Below, in pieces: positions 56,871 through 64,000 of a stretch of 64,000 nt of DNA. The translations under genes and the position numbers were made by a program. Each line of letters begins with the position of its first letter. Positions within the stretch are counted from its first letter, which is position 1. Under the pieces are notes generated by a model. That model worked only from the letters and a program-made list of their open reading frames with translations. It made no database searches and was not told where the DNA came from. The stretch comes from Lentisphaerota bacterium (GTDB lineage Bacteria; Verrucomicrobiota; Kiritimatiellia; RFP12; JAAYNR01). The DNA is taken from positions 3,626 through 67,625 of the forward strand of contig VGWG01000003.1 in NCBI GenBank assembly GCA_016873675.1, read 5' to 3'.

Positions 56871-59387
56871 ATGAGAGTATTCGAACTTGCCCGGTCGCTC
56901 AATACGACGAGTGCCGATGTGCTGAGACTGGCCGCCGCCTTGGATATCGAGGCGTCCACGGCGCTTTCACGCTTGGAAACGACTGACATCGCCACCATCC
57001 GTGCCCGGGTCGTCGCCGCGCCCGACACCGACGCCGCCAGCCGCGTCGAGCGCCGGGAGGCGAAGCGCCAAGCCAACGCCGTCCAACGTGCGGCACGCGA
57101 GCGCGTCGAAGCCGACGCGCTCGCAGCCGCCATCAGCCGCTCTCTGGCAGCCGAGGCCGAGGTCCGCGGACTCCCTCCCCCCCAACTGGCGGCGCCCCAG
57201 TTGGTCGTGCAACCGGAAGCGCCAATCCCGACCCCCGCTGCTGCACCTGCGCAACCCGCACCGGTCGCCCCGCCAGCGGTTGTCGCACCGGTCGCTCCAC
57301 CACCGGTTGTCGCACCAGTTGCCCCACCGGCCGCCAAACCCGCCATCCATCCGGCCAGACAGAAAGTGACGCCCCCCCCCGCCAGCGCCGAGGAGCGGAC
57401 CGACCCAGACGAAGAGATTGCCGCTACGTGGAACGCCCGCCCGCCGCCACGCATGGTTGCCAACAAGCCGCCGCCGATAAAACCGTCGCAGACTAGCCGC
57501 GATCACGGCGATCTCGCGCGTCGCCAGCCCCCCTCACGCCCCCCCCCACCACCGCCGATGCCGTTCGGGCGCCCAGCCGCCAACGCTCCCGCGCCCGTCG
57601 AAGCGGAACGCGTCATCCAGTTGCGCGGCGCCACGATTGTCAAGGACCTTGCAGAACTGATTGGGTTGCGCCCCAACCGGGTGATCGCCGACCTCATGCA
57701 CCTGAACGTTCTGGCCTCGATCAACCAGCGCGTCGAACTGGACGTGGCGACCAAAATCGCCGAGAAATACGGCTTCAAGGTCGAAATCGAACGCCAGAAG
57801 CGCTCCACGGAACGCAAGCCGGTCTTGCGCCGTGACGACGCCGACGACGTGATTCCTGACGATAAGCCGGAAGATCTCGTTCCCCGCCCTCCCGTCGTCA
57901 CCTTCCTCGGCCATGTCGACCATGGCAAGACCTCGCTGATGGACCGGATTCGCAATGCCCAAGTGGCCTCGGGAGAGGCGGGCGGCATCACCCAGCATAT
58001 CGGCGCGTACACGGTCGATGTCAACGGCCGACGAATCACTTTTCTCGACACCCCGGGCCACGCCGCCTTCTCGGCCATGCGCGCCCGCGGGGCCAGCCTC
58101 ACCGATATCGCCGTCATCATCATCGCCGCCGACGATGGCGTGATGCCTCAGACCAAGGAGGCCATCAAGCACGCGAAACAGGCCGGCGTCCAGATTCTGG
58201 TCGCCATCAACAAGTGCGATCTGCCGCAGGCCAAGCCCGAACTTGTGCGCCAGCAACTCTCGGGAGAAGGCCTCACCCCCGAAGAGTGGGGTGGCGACAT
58301 CGTCTGTTGCGAGGTTTCCGCCATGACCGGAAAAGGCCTGGATCACCTGCTTGAAATGATTCTGATCCAGGCCGACGTTCTCGAACTCACCGCCAGCCTC
58401 AGTCGGCGCGCCGACGGCTATGTGATCGAGGCGCAGCTTGAACAGGGTCGCGGGCCGACCGCCAGCGTACTGGTCTCGGGCGGCATCCTCCGCGTGGGCG
58501 ACGTCATCCTCTGCGGCGAACATTTCGGGCGGATCCGCGGGCTGATCGACGACCGCGGCCGCAAGGTCAAGGAGGCCACGCCCGGAACCGCCGCGCGCAT
58601 CATGGGCCTTTCCGGTGTCCCCGAAGCGGGTGCCCACTTCCGGGTGATGCTCAACGAGAAACGGGCGCGCGAGTTGGCAGAAAAAGAGACCGAATCGCGC
58701 AAACTCAGCGAGCTTTCGTCGTCGGTGGCCACCTCGCTCGACACGCTCATGCAGAAGTACCAGGAACAGGGCCAGTTGGAAATCCACGTCATCGTCAAGG
58801 CCGACATGCAGGGGTCCTGCGAGGCGATCCAGGATTCGCTCAACAGCATCAAGAGCGCGAAAGTCGCGCTCCAGATCGTCAGCAGCGGCATCGGCCTCAT
58901 TAACGCCAACGACGTCCAGCGCGCGGCCTCGGGCCGCGCCATCATCGTCGGCTTCCACGTCGGTTGCGAACCGGGCGTGCAGAGCCTCGCCCGCCATGAC
59001 GGCGTGCGCATCAGCACCCACCGCATCATCTACGAGCTGATCGACCATGTGAAGCAGGAAATGCTCAACATGCTCCATCCCGAATACAAGGAGATCATCC
59101 GCGGCCATGCCGAGATCCGCGCGACCTTCAACCACGGCAAGCGGGGCATGATCGCCGGCTGCCAGATGCTCGACGGCATGCTGCGGATGGACTCGCGGGC
59201 CCGCGTGTTACGACAGACTCAGGTGGTCTTTGATGGCAAGTTCCTCTCGCTGTTCCACTTTCAGGATGAAGTCGCCCGTGTGGACGGATCGCAGGAGTGC
59301 GGCGCACGCTTCGTCGACTTCGCGGCTTTCGCTGTGGGGGACATCATCGAGTGCTATTCGCTCGAAGAGAAGGAACGGGTGCTCTAG
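56871..59387 (+). CDS. infB: Translation initiation factor IF-2
   Basis: [27 protein letters not shown]. Confidence 0.97.
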   Translation: MRVFELARSLNTTSADVLRLAAALDIEASTALSRLETTDIATIRARVVAAPDTDAASRVERREAKRQANAVQRAARERVEADALAAAISRSLAAEAEVRGLPPPQLAAPQLVVQPEAPIPTPAAAPAQPAPVAPPAVVAPVAPPPVVAPVAPPAAKPAIHPARQKVTPPPASAEERTDPDEEIAATWNARPPPRMVANKPPPIKPSQTSRDHGDLARRQPPSRPPPPPPMPFGRPAANAPAPVEAERVIQLRGATIVKDLAELIGLRPNRVIADLMHLNVLASINQRVELDVATKIAEKYGFKVEIERQKRSTERKPVLRRDDADDVIPDDKPEDLVPRPPVVTFLGHVDHGKTSLMDRIRNAQVASGEAGGITQHIGAYTVDVNGRRITFLDTPGHAAFSAMRARGASLTDIAVIIIAADDGVMPQTKEAIKHAKQAGVQILVAINKCDLPQAKPELVRQQLSGEGLTPEEWGGDIVCCEVSAMTGKGLDHLLEMILIQADVLELTASLSRRADGYVIEAQLEQGRGPTASVLVSGGILRVGDVILCGEHFGRIRGLIDDRGRKVKEATPGTAARIMGLSGVPEAGAHFRVMLNEKRARELAEKETESRKLSELSSSVATSLDTLMQKYQEQGQLEIHVIVKADMQGSCEAIQDSLNSIKSAKVALQIVSSGIGLINANDVQRAASGRAIIVGFHVGCEPGVQSLARHDGVRISTHRIIYELIDHVKQEMLNMLHPEYKEIIRGHAEIRATFNHGKRGMIAGCQMLDGMLRMDSRARVLRQTQVVFDGKFLSLFHFQDEVARVDGSQECGARFVDFAAFAVGDIIECYSLEEKERVL
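57258..57329 (+). repeat. 27-bp coding tandem repeat (APVAPPxVV, about 2.7 copies) in IF-2 linker
   Basis: Units start at 57258, 57285 and 57312. Confidence 0.8.
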
Positions 59388-59390
59388 GCC

Positions 59391-59771
59391 ATGGCCGTCG
59401 ACCGCCTGGAACGGGTGAACGCGCTGCTCCGCCGTGAGATCGGCGAGGCGCTCTATCATGTCTTCAACGGCGAGATCGACCTCGCGGCCGTGACGATCAC
59501 CCGCGTCGAGACCGCGCGCAACCTCCGCACCGCCAGCGTCTCGGTGTCGGTCTTCGGCCATGAGTCCGAACGCGGCCGGATCCTGCGCGCCCTCGCCGAC
59601 AAGCATTCCGCGCTTCAGGCCATGATCAACCGCGATTGCCATCTCAAATACACGCCCCGCCTCCGCTTCATACTCGACACCTCAATTGAAAAGGGCGATC
59701 ACATCCTCGCCCTCCTCGGCAAGATGGACGGGGAAGTCGAGGATGAGATGAATCCACCGGAATCAAACTGA
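59391..59771 (+). CDS. rbfA: Ribosome-binding factor A
   Basis: RLERVNALLRREI, LKYTPRLRFILD. Confidence 0.95.
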   Translation: MAVDRLERVNALLRREIGEALYHVFNGEIDLAAVTITRVETARNLRTASVSVSVFGHESERGRILRALADKHSALQAMINRDCHLKYTPRLRFILDTSIEKGDHILALLGKMDGEVEDEMNPPESN

Positions 59772-59851
59772 ATGACTTGTCCCGCGACTCGCTTTGATGC
59801 GGGCGCTGACCCTTTACCAGCCACCCTCCACCCTCTGTTATCCTCATGCCC

Positions 59852-60607
59852 ATGATCCGCACCTTCTCCGCCCCGCCACCCGTCGAGTACGGTCCGTTCG
59901 ACGGCTTGCTGCTGGTCGACAAGCCGGCCGGACCGACGTCCCATGACGTTGTCCATAAGATTCGCAGAACCTTCCGCATCGAGAAGGTCGGCCACGGCGG
60001 CACGCTCGACCCGGCCGCGACGGGCCTGCTGGTCATCCTCCTGGGCCGGGCCACGCGCCTCTCCGACCAGATCATGGGGGGCGAGAAAACCTACGCGGGA
60101 GTCCTCCGCCTCGGCACCGTCACCAACTCTCAGGACTTGGATGGCCAGATCATCGCGGAACAGCCCTTCGACGCCGTCACGCGCGATCAGGCCGAGACGG
60201 CGCTCGCAGCCCTCCGCGGCGACATCTACCAGACGCCCCCCATGGTCTCGGCGATCAAGCTCAACGGCGTCCCGCTCTACAAGCTGGCCCGCAAGGGGCA
60301 GGAGGTGGCGCGCGAACCGCGCCTCGTTCACATCTTCCGCTTCGCCATCACCGCCTGGGTGCCGCCGCTGGTCTCCTTCGAGGTGCGCTGCACCAAGGGC
60401 ACCTATGTCCGCACCCTCGCCCACGACCTCGGCCAGGCGCTCGGCTGCGGCGCCTGCCTGCACTCCCTCCGGCGCACCGCCTCGGGTTCGTTCGATGTCG
60501 CCGCCGCCGCCCCGCTTGACGCCCTGCTCGCCGGATCCAAGGAGTCTCTCGCAGCCCGGATCATCCCCTATATGCAAGTCGGCCCGGTCCTGGCCTCCCC
60601 CCGCTGA
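59852..60607 (+). CDS. truB: tRNA pseudouridine(55) synthase (start 59852 or 59846)
   Basis: DKPAGPTSHD, GHGGTLDPAATG, KGTYVR. Confidence 0.95.
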   Translation: MIRTFSAPPPVEYGPFDGLLLVDKPAGPTSHDVVHKIRRTFRIEKVGHGGTLDPAATGLLVILLGRATRLSDQIMGGEKTYAGVLRLGTVTNSQDLDGQIIAEQPFDAVTRDQAETALAALRGDIYQTPPMVSAIKLNGVPLYKLARKGQEVAREPRLVHIFRFAITAWVPPLVSFEVRCTKGTYVRTLAHDLGQALGCGACLHSLRRTASGSFDVAAAAPLDALLAGSKESLAARIIPYMQVGPVLASPR

Positions 60608-60659
60608 TTGCGACACACCGGATCACGCTCGCCCATGTCAACCCTGGAGGCATCTGGAA

Positions 60660-61856
60660 TTGAACATCAGGGAAGCATCCGCACCGCGAACCGTCCGCAC
60701 CGGTCTTGACCGCGCCTTGCGCGCGGACGGCGAGGTGTTCCGGGGCAGGCGGCTGGCGGTGTTGTGCAACCGGGCGGCCGTCGACGGAACGGGACGGCCG
60801 ATCGTGGAGGCGCTCACGCAGGTCCCGGACCTGCGCCTGTGCCGCATCTACAGTCCGGAGCACGGGTTTGCGGTGAACGCCGAAGCCGGTGAACACGTCG
60901 GCTCGCGGACCGTCGGGCCGGTGCCGGTGGTCAGCCTGTACGGGGATCGTTCACAACCCTCGGCGGAGGAGCTGGCGACCATTGATTTGTTTGTGGTCGA
61001 CCTCCCCGACGTCGGGGCGCGCTACTACACCTACATGGCCACGATGAAGGCCTGCATGGCTTCCTGCGCGGCCCACGGCGTTCCGATGCTGATCCTCGAC
61101 CGCCCGAACCCGCTGGGCGGCGTGATCCGCGAAGGCGCCGTCGCCGCCGTCTTCGGCTCGCTGGTGTGCTGTGCCCCGATTCCGATCCGCCATGGCCTGA
61201 CGCTGGGCGAGTTGGCCCGTTTCTTTCAAGCCTTGTTCTTTTCTGGAACCGATCTGCGGGTGGACGTTCTGACCGTCGAAAATTGGCGGCGCGACCGGAT
61301 GTTCGCCGAGTGCGGACTGCCGTGGGTGGCGCCTTCGCCGAATCTCCCGGGCGTCGAGAACGCCCTGATGTACGTTGGCTCTTGTCTGTTGGAGGGTCTA
61401 AACCTGAACGAGGGACGGGGAACAGAAACGCCGTTTCTCCTGTGCGGCGCGCCCTGGCTGGCGCCGGAGCCGGTCCTGGCGGAGATCCCCGAGCCGGAGC
61501 GAACAGGCGTGGCGCTGACGGCCGTTCGGTACACGCCCCGTGCGATTTCCGGCAAGGCCGCCAATCCCCGCTATCGTGATGCCGCCTGCCAAGGCATCGC
61601 GATGCGGGTGACCAATCCGCAGGCTGCTCGTCCGCTGACCACCGTCCTCGCGCTCATCGGCGCCATTTGGCGGCGACATCCCGAGTTGGAATGGACGCCG
61701 TTTTTCGATACCTTGGCCGGAGGCCCGTGGATCCGGGAGCAGATCCAGTCAGGGTGTTCATGCTCCGACAGCCTTGTTGGTATCCGGGAGGACCTTGCGG
61801 CGTTCGACACGAAACGGCCGTTGCTCTATGCGCCTGAGCCCCCGGCGAATGGATGA
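60660..61856 (+). CDS. DUF1343 / NamZ-like exo-beta-N-acetylmuramidase domain protein
   Basis: [40 protein letters not shown]; TTG start 9 nt after GGAGG. Confidence 0.88.
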   Translation: MNIREASAPRTVRTGLDRALRADGEVFRGRRLAVLCNRAAVDGTGRPIVEALTQVPDLRLCRIYSPEHGFAVNAEAGEHVGSRTVGPVPVVSLYGDRSQPSAEELATIDLFVVDLPDVGARYYTYMATMKACMASCAAHGVPMLILDRPNPLGGVIREGAVAAVFGSLVCCAPIPIRHGLTLGELARFFQALFFSGTDLRVDVLTVENWRRDRMFAECGLPWVAPSPNLPGVENALMYVGSCLLEGLNLNEGRGTETPFLLCGAPWLAPEPVLAEIPEPERTGVALTAVRYTPRAISGKAANPRYRDAACQGIAMRVTNPQAARPLTTVLALIGAIWRRHPELEWTPFFDTLAGGPWIREQIQSGCSCSDSLVGIREDLAAFDTKRPLLYAPEPPANG

Positions 61857-61943
61857 GCTTCCGGCGTCTCCAAAAAACCTGACTGGTTTTGCTTGCTTGC
61901 CGCCCATGTGCTGGTGTAAGGTATGCGCGTTTCGCATCACACC

Positions 61944-62027
61944 GCTCGGGTGGTGGAATGGCAGACACGTATGTTTGAGGGGCATATGGGGAAACCCGTG
62001 GGGGTTCAAGTCCCCCCCCGAGCACCA
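61944..62027 (+). tRNA. tRNA-Leu(GAG)
   Basis: GCTCGGGTGGTGGAATGGCAGACACG, TATGT-TTGAGGG-GCATA, GGTTCAAGTCC, CCA end. Confidence 0.96.
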
Positions 62028-62032
62028 CTCTT

Positions 62033-62077
62033 AAACAGCGTAACATGTAAAAACCAAAACATGTTGCGCTGTTTTTT
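62033..62077 (+). terminator. Intrinsic terminator after tRNA-Leu(GAG)
   Basis: CAGCGTAACATGT...ACATGTTGCGCTG followed by a T tract. Confidence 0.75.
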
Positions 62078-62198
62078 GTTTTTTACTCGGGCTCAGATAT
62101 GGCCCTTCTGGGTTATCGCGGGAATGATTCATTAGGCGCTCAAGCAAAAAATGACCCACGCAATATGCTATACTATCGCCCTGACAGGAGGTTTGCGC

Positions 62199-64000
62199 AT
62201 GCGTTACCTACGCCCCAGTCTCTCCCTCGCCGCCGGGCTCGTCCTCTTCACGGCCGCCTGTGCGCGGGCCGATGAGCAGTTCCCCAAGCCCGATTGGACT
62301 GATCGGCCCAGCCCGCTTGCGTCTCCCCACGCCATCCCGGGCGGCGCAATCACCCTCTCCGGCATCCAGCCCAAGAGCTTCAACGGCTACCTCGATAATT
62401 TCCGCTCCACTCAGGAGGTTTTCGACATGATGTACGAAACCCTCCTCGGCACCGATCCCCTCACGACCGATCTCGTTCCGGGACTGGCCAGCCGGTGGAC
62501 GGTCTCGGACGATAAGCAGACCTTCACCTTCCACCTCGATCCTGCCGCTCGCTGGTCCGACGGCAAGCCCGTCACCGCCGCCGATGTCCGCTGGACCTTC
62601 GACGCGATCATGGATGCCAAGAACGAAACCGGCCCGCACAAGGTGTCGCTCGGCGTCTTTGCCCCGCCCGAAGTTGTTGACGAGCGGACGGTCCGCTTCA
62701 CGGCCCGCGAGGCTCACTGGCGCAATCTCCTCGCCGCAAGCGGATTCGCCATTCTTCCCCGCCACGCATTTGAGGGGCTTGATTTCAACACGATCAACTT
62801 CGAGTTTCCCGTGGTCTCCGGCCCCTACCGCTTTGCGGCGATGCGCGAAAACAGCGATCTGCGCCTGGAACGCCGCGCCGACTGGTGGGCCCGCAACCGC
62901 CCGTCAAACGCCGGCATCTACAACTTCCAGACCCTCATCTACCGCTTTTTCACCGATCAGGACAACGCCTTCGAGGCGATGAAGAAGGGCGACATTGATG
63001 TCTACGCCGTCTATACCGCCCGCATCTGGGCCAACGAGACCCGCGGTCCCCGCTTCGACAACAACTGGATCGTCCGCCGCCGCGTGCGGAACCACAACCC
63101 CGTCGGATTCCAGGGATTTGGCATGAACCTGCGGCGCCCGCCTTTCGACGACCTGCGCGTTCGCCACGCCCTCGCCGCCCTCCTCGACCGCGAAACCCTG
63201 AACAGCACACTGATGTTCAACGCGTATTTCCTGCATCGCTCCTATTTTGAGGATCTCTACGACGCCCGCACCCCCTGTACCAACACGCTCATCGCCTATG
63301 ATCCCGTCCGAGCCTCGGCCCTGCTGAAGGAGGCCGGTTGGGCCGCCAACCCCAAAACCGGCGTCCTCGAGAAGGAGGGCCGACCGCTGGTGATCCGCTT
63401 CCTGACCCGCGACGGCGGAGGCGACCGCTTCCTGGCCATCTATGCCGAAGCCCTCAAAAAGGCGGGGATCGACCTCGTCATCGAGCGCAAGGATTTCGCC
63501 TCGTGGATGCGCGACATGGATGCCTTCAATTTCGACATGACCTGGTGCAGTTACGGCAGCGGACTCTTCCGCGACCCCGAACACATGTGGCACTCGCGAG
63601 AGGCCGACCGCCCTGCGGGCAACAACATCACTGGCTTCAAGGACTCCCGCGTCGATGCCTGGATCGAGAGCCAGAAGACCGAGTTCGACCCCGCCCGCCG
63701 CAACACAATCCTCCGCGAGATCGATGGCGTCCTCGCCTCCAGCGTCCCCTTCGTCCTCCTCTGGAACAGCGATGCCACCCGCCTCCTCTACTGGGATAAG
63801 TTCGGCATGCCCGACACCGTCCTCTCCAAATACGGCACGGAGGGCGCCGTCGTTGCCTACTGGTGGTTCGACCCTGACTCGTCCGCCGACCTCAAGACGG
63901 CCATGACCGCCGGCAAGCCCCTCCCCGCGCGTCCCTTTGAAGTTGATTTCGACACGGTCTTCAAGGCAACGGCCCCCGTCCGAAAGAAGGCGGACACGCC
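62199..64000 (+). CDS. ABC transporter solute-binding protein, family 5 (YejA/OppA-like); runs to window end
   Basis: Read manually: SD GGAGG, MRYLRPSLSLAAGLVLFTAACARA, MYETLL, ARWSDGKPVTAADVRWTF, SGPYR, FDDLRVRHAL. Confidence 0.88.
   Translation, partial: MRYLRPSLSLAAGLVLFTAACARADEQFPKPDWTDRPSPLASPHAIPGGAITLSGIQPKSFNGYLDNFRSTQEVFDMMYETLLGTDPLTTDLVPGLASRWTVSDDKQTFTFHLDPAARWSDGKPVTAADVRWTFDAIMDAKNETGPHKVSLGVFAPPEVVDERTVRFTAREAHWRNLLAASGFAILPRHAFEGLDFNTINFEFPVVSGPYRFAAMRENSDLRLERRADWWARNRPSNAGIYNFQTLIYRFFTDQDNAFEAMKKGDIDVYAVYTARIWANETRGPRFDNNWIVRRRVRNHNPVGFQGFGMNLRRPPFDDLRVRHALAALLDRETLNSTLMFNAYFLHRSYFEDLYDARTPCTNTLIAYDPVRASALLKEAGWAANPKTGVLEKEGRPLVIRFLTRDGGGDRFLAIYAEALKKAGIDLVIERKDFASWMRDMDAFNFDMTWCSYGSGLFRDPEHMWHSREADRPAGNNITGFKDSRVDAWIESQKTEFDPARRNTILREIDGVLASSVPFVLLWNSDATRLLYWDKFGMPDTVLSKYGTEGAVVAYWWFDPDSSADLKTAMTAGKPLPARPFEVDFDTVFKATAPVRKKADT

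Noticed and set aside
59772-59855. Short ORF after rbfA as a remnant of a DHH phosphoesterase gene
   Set aside because: 27 codons with no recognisable motif; better explained as promoter region
59943-60659. Apparent 637-aa ORF extending the NamZ-like gene upstream across truB
   Set aside because: The upstream part is an off-frame read of truB; SD plus TTG at 60660 gives a sensible start
46090-62027. Island integrated at either tRNA-Leu
   Set aside because: No duplicated tRNA 3' end, no integrase, and the flanks are housekeeping genes

Overview
GC-rich bacterial chromosomal window, probably PVC superphylum (Kiritimatiellota/Lentisphaerae-like, inferred from gene order rpsP-trmD-rplS-rnhB without rimM and nusA-infB-rbfA-truB without rimP). 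About 37-64 kb is mostly housekeeping: rnpB, a sigma-54 response regulator, dnaX, tlyA, nadK, rnhB, rplS, trmD, rpsP, two tRNA-Leu, PMM, GH20, UvrD, cls, nusA/infB/rbfA/truB, a NamZ-like gene and an ABC solute-binding protein. About 1.2-36.5 kb is accessory and holds four poorly characterised systems. (1) A winged-helix-regulated membrane operon with a B12-radical SAM enzyme, a frameshifted and truncated barrel-protein gene, and two visible operator copies. (2) A lower-GC cassette pairing an RRE-less radical SAM/SPASM enzyme with an exported protein that has an unusually long leader. (3) An 8-gene redox operon joining beta-propeller proteins, Tat-type ferredoxins and a membrane polyferredoxin to a fused NuoE/F (HydC-HydB-like) flavoprotein and an A subunit with no recognisable substrate domain. 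(4) A tandem array of three secreted proteins carrying five divergent FGE/C-type-lectin-fold modules, one with a clean 24-bp in-frame palindromic insertion. No CRISPR array, transposase, integrase or reverse transcriptase was seen. All family calls rest on motif recognition by eye; no searches were run.
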